Below are positions 14,894 through 25,346 of a DNA stretch of 32,000 bases, piece after piece. The DNA comes from Delftia acidovorans NBRC 14950 (lineage in GTDB: Bacteria; Pseudomonadota; Gammaproteobacteria; Burkholderiales; Burkholderiaceae_C). Below the pieces are notes generated by a model that was not told the DNA's origin, did not search any database, and saw only the letters and a program-made list of their open reading frames with translations. How positions within the stretch are numbered: position 1 is the first letter of the stretch; each line of letters begins with the position of its first letter. The DNA lies in assembly GCF_001598795.1 (NCBI RefSeq), contig NZ_BCZP01000004.1:180001-212000 (forward strand). The letters are read 5' to 3'. Made by a program: the position numbers and the translations under genes.

Positions 14894-16466
14894 AGCCGCG
14901 TAGCGGCTCAGGGGGTGTACTGGCTTCGCGCTCTCGGAGCCTGAAACGCTGGATCTTTCCGGTGGCGGTCTTGGGAAGTTCGTCCACGAACTCGATGAAG
15001 CGCGGGTACTTGTAGGCGGCCAGGCGCTGCTTCACGAAGGCCTTGAGCTCGGCCTCGGTGGCGCTGCAGCCGTCCTTGAGCACGACGAAGGACTTGGTCT
15101 TGAGCAGGCCGTCGGCGTCGGTCTTGCCGATCACGGCGGCCTCCAGCACGGCCGGGTGCTGCATCAGCGTGGCCTCGACCTCGAAGGGCGAGACATAGAT
15201 GCCGCTGACCTTGAGCATGTCGTCGCTGCGCCCGGCATAGGTGTAGTAGCCATCGGCGTCGCGCACGTACTTGTCGCCGCTCTTGAGCCAGCCGCCCTGG
15301 AAGGTCTCGCGCGTCTTGTCGCGGTTGCCCCAGTACATGAGGGCGGCGCTGGGGCCCTGGATGAACAGGTCGCCCACCTCGCCATCGGCCACGGGACGGC
15401 CGTCCTCGCCGCGCAGCTCCACGCGGTAGCCGTCCACTGGCTTGCCCGTGGTGCCGTAGCGGATGTCGTCGGGCCGGTTGGACAGGAAGATGTGCAGCAT
15501 CTCGGTGGAGCCGATGCCGTCCACGATGTCGGCGCCGAAATGCGCCTTGAAGCGCTGGGCGATCTCGGCCGGCAGCGCCTCGCCGGCCGAGGAGCACATG
15601 CGCAGGCTGACCTGCTCGCGCGCGGGCAGCAGCGGCGAGGCCAGCATGCCCGCAAAGCCCGTGGGCGCGCCGAAGAACACCGTGGGCCGGTGCTGCACCC
15701 AGCGCGCAAAGGTGGCCTCGGGCGTGGGCCGCTCGGCCATCAGCAGCACGGTGGCGCCCACGCTCAGCGGAAAGCTCAGGGCATTGCCCAGGCCGTAGGC
15801 GAAGTAGAGCTTGGCGGCGGAAAAGCAGATGTCGCCTTCGCCCAGACCCAGCACCGGGCCGCCATAGAGCTCGGCCGTCCAGTACGGATTGGCATGCGTG
15901 TGGACCGCGCCCTTGGGCTTGCCCGTGGAGCCAGAGGAATACAGCCAGAAGCCCGGGTCATCGCCCAGCGTGGGCGCCGGTGCGGGCAGCGGCGGCTGCG
16001 CCGCCAGCCAGGGCTGCAGGGGCGCAAAGCCTGCGGCGCGCGCCGCCGCTTCGTCGCCGGCCACCCAGACATGGCGCACCTCGTTGGGCGCCCGGTCCAG
16101 CGCCTGGCGCAGCAGGGGCAGCAGCGCATCGCAGGTCAGCACGGCCTGGGCGCGGCTGTGGCCCAGCATGTAGGCGTAGTCGTCGGCCGTGAGCAAGGTG
16201 TTCACCGCCACCGGCACCACGCCCGCATACAGCGCGCCCAGAAAGGCCACGGCCCATTCATGGCGGTCGTGCATGAGCAGCAGCACGCGCTCCTCGCGGT
16301 GGATGCCTGCCGCCAGCAGGCCGCTGGCCATGCGCTGCGCCTGCTGCTGCAGCTGGCCGTAGCTCAGCGTGCCGTGGTCGTCGATGTAGGCGATCTTGCC
16401 GGGCCGCCCCTCATTGAGCGCGAACAGGTGCGCGGCGAAATTGAAGGGCTGGGTGAAGTCGATCAT
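14874..16466 (-). CDS. bclA: Benzoate-CoA ligase (AMP-forming)
   Basis: ORF 14874..16577 (-). The start is taken at ATG 16466 (MIDFTQPFNFAAHLFALNEGRPGKIAYIDDHGTLSYGQL...) with AAGGAG 6 nt upstream. AMP-binding motifs are present (WLYSSGSTGKPKGAVHTH, ...GWLKSGDKY..., ...PKTATGKIQRF). It sits in a box gene context. Confidence 0.85.
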   Translation of the reverse strand: MIDFTQPFNFAAHLFALNEGRPGKIAYIDDHGTLSYGQLQQQAQRMASGLLAAGIHREERVLLLMHDRHEWAVAFLGALYAGVVPVAVNTLLTADDYAYMLGHSRAQAVLTCDALLPLLRQALDRAPNEVRHVWVAGDEAAARAAGFAPLQPWLAAQPPLPAPAPTLGDDPGFWLYSSGSTGKPKGAVHTHANPYWTAELYGGPVLGLGEGDICFSAAKLYFAYGLGNALSFPLSVGATVLLMAERPTPEATFARWVQHRPTVFFGAPTGFAGMLASPLLPAREQVSLRMCSSAGEALPAEIAQRFKAHFGADIVDGIGSTEMLHIFLSNRPDDIRYGTTGKPVDGYRVELRGEDGRPVADGEVGDLFIQGPSAALMYWGNRDKTRETFQGGWLKSGDKYVRDADGYYTYAGRSDDMLKVSGIYVSPFEVEATLMQHPAVLEAAVIGKTDADGLLKTKSFVVLKDGCSATEAELKAFVKQRLAAYKYPRFIEFVDELPKTATGKIQRFRLREREASTPPEPLRGFPLSTR

Positions 16467-16521
16467 CGGGGTCTCCTTCGACATCGGGCATCCGGCCCGA
16501 CTTGTGATCTTCCGCACAACA

Positions 16522-16539
16522 TGCAATATTGTGCGTGCA
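16522..16539. promoter_or_regulatory. Candidate BoxR operator (TGCA-N10-TGCA) in the bclA/boxR divergent region
   Basis: TGCAATATTGTGCGTGCA matches TGCATAATTGTGCCTGCA (17689-17706, upstream of boxC) at 15/18 positions with identical spacing. Confidence 0.5.
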
Positions 16540-16640
16540 TCAGAAAGATAGTTAGAACACCATCGAGCGTCAAGCACTATATTGCATGGCTGGTGTTAAC
16601 CCCGACTGTTTATCATTCACGCCCTCTTCAAGGAAACTCT

Positions 16641-17555
16641 ATGGACCAGTTCGAGACGGCAGCCCAGTCCGCCGGGGCGGCGGATTCCCTCTCAGAAGCC
16701 CCCAGGAACCAGGTGCTGCAGGCGCTGGGCGAGCGTGTGCGCAGCCTGCGCTCGCGCCGGGGCATGACGCGGCGCGCCCTGGCGGCGGCGGCCGATGTCT
16801 CGGAGCGCCATCTGGCCAACCTCGAATACGGCACGGGCAATGTGTCGGTGCTGGTCCTGCACCATATTGCACAGGCGCTGCAATGCTCCATGGCCGAGCT
16901 GCTGGGCGACGTGACCACCACCAGCGCCGAATGGCTGCTGATCCGCGAGCTGCTGGAAGGCCGCGATGAAGAGGCCCTGCGCCGCGTGCGCCTGGCCGCA
17001 GGCGAGCTGCTGGGCACGGCGCCCAGCGACCGCCAGCGCCACACGCGCATTGCCCTGATCGGACTGCGCGGCGCGGGCAAGTCCACGCTGGGCCGCATGC
17101 TGGCCGAGCAGCTGGGCGTGCCCTTCCTCGAACTCAACCAGGAAATCGAGCGCATTGCGGGCTGCAGCGTGCGCGCCATCCACGACCTGTACGGTGCCAA
17201 CGCCTACCGCCGCTACGAGCGCCGCGCGCTGGAGGAGGCCGTGCAGATCTACAGCGACGTGGTCATCGCCACGCCGGGCGGCATCGTCTCCGACCCGGCC
17301 ACCTTCAACGAGCTGCTGTCGCACTGCACCACGGTCTGGCTCAAGGCCCAGCCCGAGGAGCACATGGCCCGCGTCGTGGCCCAGGGCGACACCCGCCCCA
17401 TGGCCGCCAATCCCGAGGCCATGGACGATCTGCGCAGCATCCTCGAAGGCCGCGCCGGCTTCTACGCCAAGGCCGACCACGTGGTGGATACCAGCGGGCA
17501 GACGCTGGAGCAGAGCTTCGATCAGCTGAAGGCACTGTTCCTGCCCGCACGCTGA
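16641..17555 (+). CDS. boxR: BoxR/BzdR-type transcriptional regulator (XRE-family HTH fused to a shikimate-kinase-like domain)
   Basis: Internal ATG at 16641 of ORF 15156..17555: MDQFETAAQ...LGERVRSLRSRRGMTRRALAAAADVSERHLANLEYGTGNVSVLVLHHIAQAL (HTH_3/XRE), then IALIGLRGAGKSTLGRMLAEQLGVPFLELNQEIE...YRRYERRALEE (Walker A, shikimate-kinase fold). AAGGAA lies 5 nt upstream of the ATG. Confidence 0.85.
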   Translation: MDQFETAAQSAGAADSLSEAPRNQVLQALGERVRSLRSRRGMTRRALAAAADVSERHLANLEYGTGNVSVLVLHHIAQALQCSMAELLGDVTTTSAEWLLIRELLEGRDEEALRRVRLAAGELLGTAPSDRQRHTRIALIGLRGAGKSTLGRMLAEQLGVPFLELNQEIERIAGCSVRAIHDLYGANAYRRYERRALEEAVQIYSDVVIATPGGIVSDPATFNELLSHCTTVWLKAQPEEHMARVVAQGDTRPMAANPEAMDDLRSILEGRAGFYAKADHVVDTSGQTLEQSFDQLKALFLPAR

Positions 17556-17577
17556 GACGGCGGCAGCAACCCACGGC

Positions 17578-17603
17578 ATCCAGGCCCCAGGCCTGGATTT
17601 TTT
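17578..17603 (+). terminator. Rho-independent terminator after boxR
   Basis: ATCCAGGCC (17578-17586) pairs with GGCCTGGAT (17590-17598), running into a T-tract (17598-17603). Confidence 0.7.
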
Positions 17604-17688
17604 CGCCTGTGCTGGCTGGTGTTTACCCTGGAGATACCCAAAACACGCACTATCGTGCGTGTTGTTGCGTGCATTTTCTGGATGAATC

Positions 17689-17706
17689 TGCATAATTGTG
17701 CCTGCA
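17689..17706. promoter_or_regulatory. Candidate BoxR operator (TGCA-N10-TGCA) upstream of boxC
   Basis: TGCATAATTGTGCCTGCA matches 16522-16539 at 15/18 positions. It overlaps a CATAAT -10-like hexamer (17691-17696), about 43 nt upstream of the boxC start. Confidence 0.5.
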
Positions 17707-17748
17707 CCGTATCTGCGACTGCACTATTTTTCATCCAAGAGGCCGTCC

Positions 17749-19419
<1,671 letters not shown>

Positions 19420-19457
19420 CCGCAGGCACGCCCCGAAACATCCACGGAGACCCCACC

Positions 19458-20885
19458 ATGAGCGCCATCAACTACAGCGAGAAGATCCCCAACAACGTCA
19501 ACCTCGGCGAAGACCGCACCCTGCAGCGCGCGCTGGAGAGCTGGCAGCCCAACTTCCTGAACTGGTGGGGCGACGTGGGCCCCGAAGGCTCCACCGACTA
19601 CGACGTCTACCTGCGCACCGCCATCAGCGTGGACCCCCAGGGCTGGGCCCAGTTCGGCCACGTGAAGATGCGCGACTACCGCTGGGGCATCTTCCTGAAC
19701 CCGGCCGAGGCCGACCGCAAGGTGCACTTCGGCGATCACGCGGGCGAGAAGGCCTGGCAGGACGTGCCCGGCGAGCACCGCGCCAACCTGCGCCGCATCA
19801 TCGTCACCCAGGGCGACACCGAGCCCGCCTCGGTGGAGCAGCAGCGCCACCTGGGCCTGACCGCGCCGTCCATGTACGACCTGCGCAACCTGTTCCAGGT
19901 CAACGTGGAAGAAGGCCGCCACCTGTGGGCCATGGTCTACCTGCTGCACAAGCATTTCGGCCGCGACGGCCGCGAGGAGGCCGAGGCCCTGCTGGAGCGC
20001 CAGTCCGGCGACGAGAACAACCCGCGCATCCTGGGCGCCTTCAACGAGAAGACGCCCGATTGGCTGTCCTTCTTCATGTTCACCTACTTCACCGACCGCG
20101 ACGGCAAGTTCCAGCTGGCTGCGCTGGCCGAAAGCGCCTTCGACCCGCTGGCGCGCACCACCAAATTCATGCTGACCGAGGAGGCCCACCACATGTTCGT
20201 GGGCGAGTCCGGCGTCTCGCGCGTGCTGCAGCGCACCTGCCAGGTCATGAACGAGCTGCGCACCGACGACGTGGGCCGCCTGCGCGCGGCCGGCGTGATC
20301 GACCTGCCCACGCTGCAGCGCTACCTGAACTTCCACTACAGCGTGACCATCGACCTGTTCGGCGCCGACCAGTCCAGCAATGCCGCCACCTTCTACAGCA
20401 GCGGCCTCAAGGGCCGCTACGAGGAAGGCAAGCGCGCGGACGACCACCGCCTGCACGACCAGCACTACAAGGTGCTGGAGGTCGTGGACGGCAGGCTGCA
20501 GGAAAAGGAAGTGCCCATGCTCAACGCGCTCAACGAGGTGCTGCGCGACGACTACATCAAGGACTCCAACGCGGGCGTGGGCCGCTGGAACAAGGTCATG
20601 GAAAAGGCCGGCATCGATTTCCGCCTTACCGTGCCGCACAAGGCCTTCAACCGCCAGATCGGCGCGCTGGCCGGCGTGCGCATGAGCCCCGACGGCCGCG
20701 TGGTCAGCGAGCAGGAATGGCGCATGCGCGAGGGCGAATGGCTACCCACGGACGCCGACCGCGCCTTCGTCGCCTCGCTCATGGGCCGCTGCGTGGAGCC
20801 GGGCCAGTTCGCGGGCTGGATCGCGCCGCCGGTCATGGGCATCAACCGCCAGCCCGTGGATTTCGAATACGTGCGCTTCAACTGA
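19458..20885 (+). CDS. boxB: Benzoyl-CoA 2,3-epoxidase, diiron oxygenase subunit B
   Basis: ORF track 475 aa: [44 protein letters not shown]... with diiron-type EEGRH and EEAHH motifs. GGAGA lies 7 nt upstream of the ATG. Confidence 0.95.
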   Translation: MSAINYSEKIPNNVNLGEDRTLQRALESWQPNFLNWWGDVGPEGSTDYDVYLRTAISVDPQGWAQFGHVKMRDYRWGIFLNPAEADRKVHFGDHAGEKAWQDVPGEHRANLRRIIVTQGDTEPASVEQQRHLGLTAPSMYDLRNLFQVNVEEGRHLWAMVYLLHKHFGRDGREEAEALLERQSGDENNPRILGAFNEKTPDWLSFFMFTYFTDRDGKFQLAALAESAFDPLARTTKFMLTEEAHHMFVGESGVSRVLQRTCQVMNELRTDDVGRLRAAGVIDLPTLQRYLNFHYSVTIDLFGADQSSNAATFYSSGLKGRYEEGKRADDHRLHDQHYKVLEVVDGRLQEKEVPMLNALNEVLRDDYIKDSNAGVGRWNKVMEKAGIDFRLTVPHKAFNRQIGALAGVRMSPDGRVVSEQEWRMREGEWLPTDADRAFVASLMGRCVEPGQFAGWIAPPVMGINRQPVDFEYVRFN

Positions 20886-20911
20886 AGCGCCGCGCCAGCA
20901 GGGAGTCGCCC

Positions 20912-22231
20912 ATGACAGTCGCCTTGGTAGAACACGGCATCCTCACGCAGCACCTGATCGACCCGGAGATCTGCATTCGCTGCAACACCTGCGAGGCCAC
21001 CTGCCCCGTGGGCGCCATCACGCACGATGACCGCAACTACGTGGTCCTGGCCGAGCAGTGCAACGGCTGCATGGACTGCGTCTCGCCCTGCCCCACGGGC
21101 GCCATCGACAACTGGCGCAAGGTGCCGCTGGCGAGCGCCTATCCCGTGGCCGAGCAGTTGCTCTGGGACGAGCTGCCCGAGGAGCTGCCGCCTGAGGCGC
21201 TGGTTCAGGCACAGGACACAGGGGACGCACCTGCCGCCGAGGACCTGAGCCAGGCCCAGGCCGTGATCGCGGCGGCGGCCACGCGCGGTGCGGATGCGGC
21301 CCGGCCCGACGACCAGGCCGATACCCAGGTGTTGCGCAGCGCCAGCTACGGCGCCACCGTGCCGCCCTGGTCGGCCGCCCATCCGTACACCAACCTGCAT
21401 GGCCCCAGGAGCCCCGTCACGGCCACCGTGGTCGGCAACCTCAACTGCACGGAGGCGGGCTTCGACAGCGAGACCCACCACATCGTGCTGGACTTCGGCA
21501 GCCAGCCGTTCCCCGTGCTCGAAGGCCAGTCCATCGCCGTCATCGCACCCGGCACCGATGCCCAGGGCCGCCCGCATGTGGCGCGCCAGTACTCGGTGGC
21601 CAGTGCGCGCAATGGCGAGCGGCCCGGTTACAACAACCTGGCGCTGACCGTGAAACGCGTCACCCAGGACCACCAGGGCCGCCCCGTGCGCGGCGTGGCC
21701 AGCAACTACCTGTGCGACGCACGCATCGGCGACAGGGTCCAGGTCATAGGCCCCTTTGGCCAGTCGTTCCTGATGCCCAACCATCCCCGCTCGCACATCG
21801 TGATGATCTGCACGGGCACGGGCAGCGCCCCCATGCGCGCCATGACCGAATGGCGCAGGCGGCTGCGCAAGAGCGGCAAATTCGAGGGCGGCAAGCTCAT
21901 GCTGTTCTTCGGCGCACGCACGCCGCAGGAGCTGCCCTACTTCGGCCCGCTGCAAAGCCTGCCGCGCGACTTCATTGACAACAACCTGGCCTTCTCGCGC
22001 GTGGCCGGCCAGCCCCGGCGCTACGTGCAGGATCTGCTGCGCGAACGTGCGGCCGACCTGGCGGCCCTGCTGCGCGACGACAACGCGCACTTCTACGTCT
22101 GCGGGCTCAAGAGCATGGAGGAAGGCGTGGTGCTGGCACTGCGCGACGTGGCGCAGCAAGCCGGGCTGGACTGGGAGCAGGTCGGCGCGCGCCTCAAGCG
22201 CGAAGGCCGGCTGCATCTGGAGACTTATTGA
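20912..22231 (+). CDS. boxA: Benzoyl-CoA oxygenase/epoxidase reductase subunit A (2x[4Fe-4S] ferredoxin domain fused to an FNR-like FAD/NADPH domain)
   Basis: Internal ATG at 20912 of ORF 18974..22231 (AGGGAG upstream): ...[16 protein letters not shown]...[16 protein letters not shown] (two 4Fe-4S motifs), then RQYSVAS (FAD-binding RxYS), [14 protein letters not shown] (NADPH-binding) and [14 protein letters not shown]. Confidence 0.9.
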   Translation: MTVALVEHGILTQHLIDPEICIRCNTCEATCPVGAITHDDRNYVVLAEQCNGCMDCVSPCPTGAIDNWRKVPLASAYPVAEQLLWDELPEELPPEALVQAQDTGDAPAAEDLSQAQAVIAAAATRGADAARPDDQADTQVLRSASYGATVPPWSAAHPYTNLHGPRSPVTATVVGNLNCTEAGFDSETHHIVLDFGSQPFPVLEGQSIAVIAPGTDAQGRPHVARQYSVASARNGERPGYNNLALTVKRVTQDHQGRPVRGVASNYLCDARIGDRVQVIGPFGQSFLMPNHPRSHIVMICTGTGSAPMRAMTEWRRRLRKSGKFEGGKLMLFFGARTPQELPYFGPLQSLPRDFIDNNLAFSRVAGQPRRYVQDLLRERAADLAALLRDDNAHFYVCGLKSMEEGVVLALRDVAQQAGLDWEQVGARLKREGRLHLETY

Positions 22232-22986
22232 ATCGCCACAGGCCCATACGCATCGCTGGCCAGGGCCTGGGCCAAGATCCAGGCCGGGTCCACCAGTTCG
22301 GCGCCGCGCGCCAGCGGCGACTGCGGCAGGGCCAGCGGGATCTCGGTGCAGCCCATGATCACGGGCACATCGCCATGGCGCTGCAGCAGCGGCGCCAGCA
22401 CCTCGCCGAAACAGCGCGCGGCCAGGTCCATGTCGCCCTGCTTGACGCCGTCGTAGATGCCCTGCATGAGCCGCGCGCGGCCCTGCGCATCGGGCTGCAG
22501 CGCGGTGATGCCGCACTCCCTCAGCGCCGCGTCGTAGAGCCCGCTGTCATAGGTGCCCTGCGTGGCCAGCACGATGGCCTGCTGCGCGCCGCCGGCCTGC
22601 AGGTGCAGGGCGGCCTGGCGCGCGATGTGCAGCACATGCAGCTGCGGAAACAGCGCCTGCAGCTGCCCATGCCAGGCATGGGCCGTGTTGCAGGCCAGGG
22701 CCACGCTGCGCACCCCCAGCGCCGCCATGCGGCCCACGCCCTGCAGCAGGTGCTGGGCCGGCCCCGTGGGCGACTGCGGGTCCTGGCGCAGCGCCGCGCT
22801 GCGGTCGGGCATGGGCAGTTGCACCAGCCAGTGCTCGGGATAGGCCTGGTCATGCACGGGCAGGCCCTGCTGCTGCAGGTGCGCCGTGCAGGCCTGCACG
22901 AACAGGCGCACGAAATCCGCGCCTGCGGCCGGCCCCATGCCCCCGAGAATGCCCACCGCGCGCGGGGGCTGAAGCTGCTGCTGCAT
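22225..22986 (-). CDS. PLP-independent Asp/Glu/hydantoin-type amino acid racemase (aspartate racemase family)
   Basis: ORF 22225..23106 (-). The start is taken at ATG 22986 ([25 protein letters not shown]...). Both catalytic-cysteine motifs are present ([11 protein letters not shown] and [12 protein letters not shown]). Confidence 0.8.
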   Translation of the reverse strand: MQQQLQPPRAVGILGGMGPAAGADFVRLFVQACTAHLQQQGLPVHDQAYPEHWLVQLPMPDRSAALRQDPQSPTGPAQHLLQGVGRMAALGVRSVALACNTAHAWHGQLQALFPQLHVLHIARQAALHLQAGGAQQAIVLATQGTYDSGLYDAALRECGITALQPDAQGRARLMQGIYDGVKQGDMDLAARCFGEVLAPLLQRHGDVPVIMGCTEIPLALPQSPLARGAELVDPAWILAQALASDAYGPVAIQ

Positions 22987-23000
22987 GCTGCGATCCGAAA

Positions 23001-23882
23001 TCAAAAAGCGGGTTTGTCGCTGAGGTCCTGCAGGTTTTTCTGCAATTGCTCGCTCATCGGCAGGCCCAGGGCCACGTTCCTCGGGGCAATGGGCTGCATG
23101 AACCACTTGTCATACAGCCTGGCGAACGCGCCCGACTTCATCATGTCGCCGATCACGCCATCGACCAGTTGCTTGAACTGGGGGTCGTCCTTGCGCAGCA
23201 TGCAGGCATAGGGCTCGACCTGCAGCGAGTCGGCCACCACCTCGAAGTCCCCGGGGTTCTTGGCCGTGGGGATCAGGCCGAAGAGCAGGATGTCGTCCAT
23301 GCCGAAGGCCGCGGCGCGGTCGTTCTCCACCAGCAGAAAGCCGTCCGCATGGTCCTTGGCCATGACGATGTTCATGCCCCAGGCCTTGTCGGCATTGGCC
23401 TTGCGCAGCACCTGCAGGTTGGTGGTTCCCGTGGTGATGGCCACGGTCTTGTCCTTGAGGTCGGCGTAGTTTTTGATGCCCGAGCTCTTCTTCACCAGCA
23501 GCCGCGTGCCCGTGTAGAAATGGTTGATGGCAAAGGCCACCTCCTTGCCGCGCACCGTGTTGTTGGTGGTCGAGCCGCATTCCAGGTCGATGGTGCCGTT
23601 GGCCAGCAGCGGCATGCGGTTCTGCGAAGTCACGGCCTGCCACTGCACCTTGAGATCGGGCCGGTTCACCGCTTTCTTGACGGCCTCGGCCACGGCCTGG
23701 GACATCTCCACCGTCATGCCGATGGGCTTGCCGTTGTCCAGGTAGCTGAAGGGCACGGAGGACTCGCGGTAGGCCAGCGTGATGCGGCCGCTGTCGCGCA
23801 CCTTGGCCAGCGTGTCGGCATGGGCCGCAGCCAGGCCGCCCAGGGCCAGGGCCGCGCACAGCGCGGTGGTGTGAAGTTGCAT
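23001..23882 (-). CDS. Periplasmic amino acid ABC transporter substrate-binding protein (family 3, Glu/Asp GltI-like)
   Basis: ORF 23001..23951 (-). The start is taken at ATG 23882 (MQLHTTALCAALALGGLAAAHA|DTLAKVRDSGRITLAYRESSVPFSYLD...IDLECGSTTNN...). It has a signal peptide, and GAGGAG lies upstream of the ATG. Confidence 0.85.
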   Translation of the reverse strand: MQLHTTALCAALALGGLAAAHADTLAKVRDSGRITLAYRESSVPFSYLDNGKPIGMTVEMSQAVAEAVKKAVNRPDLKVQWQAVTSQNRMPLLANGTIDLECGSTTNNTVRGKEVAFAINHFYTGTRLLVKKSSGIKNYADLKDKTVAITTGTTNLQVLRKANADKAWGMNIVMAKDHADGFLLVENDRAAAFGMDDILLFGLIPTAKNPGDFEVVADSLQVEPYACMLRKDDPQFKQLVDGVIGDMMKSGAFARLYDKWFMQPIAPRNVALGLPMSEQLQKNLQDLSDKPAF

Positions 23883-24104
23883 GCTTGTCTCCTCGTCTTT
23901 GGTGGATGTGCGGCCAGTGTAGGAAGGGCGGCGGCCTTTGCGGAATGACAATATCGGGCCGGTCCATGCCCGCCGGTTATGGGCTGGCCGCCTGCCCGCA
24001 GCAGCAGCCCCCGGCCATAACCTGCGTGCATGGCCCGTGTGCCAAATGCCATGGCCCGGCCCGCCGCGCGCGGCCTACAGTGCGGATGCATGGAGAAACG
24101 ATCA

Positions 24105-25334
24105 ATGCATGTCTGCATCGTGGGCGCCGGCATCGTCGGCCTGGCAACGGCCTGGGCGCTGCAGCAGGCCGGCCACCGCATTACGGTGCTGGACCGCGCA
24201 CCGGGCCCCGCCCAGGGCGCCAGCGGCGGCAATGGCGCGCAGCTGAGCTATTCCTACGTGCAGCCGCTGGCCGATCCCGGCATCTGGAAGATGCTGCCCC
24301 GCCTGCTGCTGCAAAAGGATTCGCCGCTGGCCTTCCGCCTGCGCGCCGACCCCGCGCAATGGGCCTGGGGACTGCGCTTTCTGGGCGCCTGCAATGCCCA
24401 TGCCTCGGCCGTAGGCACTCGCGCCCTGCTGGCCCTGGCCGCCGAAAGCCGCCAGGCCTTCGAGTCGCTCCAGGCCGACGAGGCACTGGCCTGCGACCTG
24501 CACACGCCGGGCAAGCTGGTGCTCTACCCCACCCAGCAGGCGCTGGATGCCGCCGCGCAGCAGGTGGCACTGCAAGCGGGCCTGGGTGGCGCGCCGCAGC
24601 GCATCGTCAACGCCGCCGAAGTGGCGCGCATCGAACCCGCGCTCGCCGGCTACGCCCAGCGCATTGCAGGCGCCGTACACACGCCCAGCGAGGCCGCCGC
24701 CGACTGCCGCCTGCTGTGCGAACAACTGGCCGCCCGGCTCACCGCACGCGGCGCCGAACTGCGCTACGGCGTGGAGCTGCAGGACTTCGAACGTGAAGGC
24801 GACGCCATCACCGGCCTGCGCACCGCCGCAGGCCCGTTGCCGCTGCGCGCCGACCACTACGTGCTGGCCAGCGGCTGGGAAAGCGCGGTCCACGCGCGCC
24901 AGCTGGGCCTGCGCATTCCCGTCTATCCGCTCAAGGGCTACAGCATCACCGCCGATGCCGCAGCGCAGCTGCCGCACGCCGCGCCCCGGGTCAGCGTCAC
25001 CGACACCGCACGCAAGGTCGTCTTCGCACGCATCGGCGAACGCCTGCGCGTGGCCGGCATGGTGGAGATCGTGGGCCGGGACACGCGCACCGACCCGCGC
25101 CGCATCGCCAGCCTGCGCCGCTCCACGCAGGAGGTCTTCGCCGACCTGCCGCTGGACGGCAACCTCCACCCCTGGACCGGCATGCGCCCCGCCACGCCCA
25201 CCGGCCTGCCCCTCACCGGCCGCCAGCGCGGCGGTCCGCGCAACCTGTGGCTGCAGACGGGGCATGGCGCGCTGGGGCTGACGCTAGCGTTCGGGTCGGC
25301 GCAGAGACTGGTGGGGCAGATGGAGGAGGCCTGA
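24105..25334 (+). CDS. FAD-dependent D-amino acid dehydrogenase (DadA-like)
   Basis: ORF 24030..25334. The start is taken at ATG 24105 (GGAG 9 nt upstream): MHVCIVGAGIVGLATAWALQQAGHRITVLDR (Rossmann GxGxxG). Colinear with E. coli DadA as remembered: IPVYPLKGYSIT, RVAGMVEIVG, WTGMRPATPTGLP, NLWLQTGHGALGLTLAFGSAQ. Confidence 0.8.
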   Translation: MHVCIVGAGIVGLATAWALQQAGHRITVLDRAPGPAQGASGGNGAQLSYSYVQPLADPGIWKMLPRLLLQKDSPLAFRLRADPAQWAWGLRFLGACNAHASAVGTRALLALAAESRQAFESLQADEALACDLHTPGKLVLYPTQQALDAAAQQVALQAGLGGAPQRIVNAAEVARIEPALAGYAQRIAGAVHTPSEAAADCRLLCEQLAARLTARGAELRYGVELQDFEREGDAITGLRTAAGPLPLRADHYVLASGWESAVHARQLGLRIPVYPLKGYSITADAAAQLPHAAPRVSVTDTARKVVFARIGERLRVAGMVEIVGRDTRTDPRRIASLRRSTQEVFADLPLDGNLHPWTGMRPATPTGLPLTGRQRGGPRNLWLQTGHGALGLTLAFGSAQRLVGQMEEA

Positions 25335-25346
25335 AACCCGCAGGCC

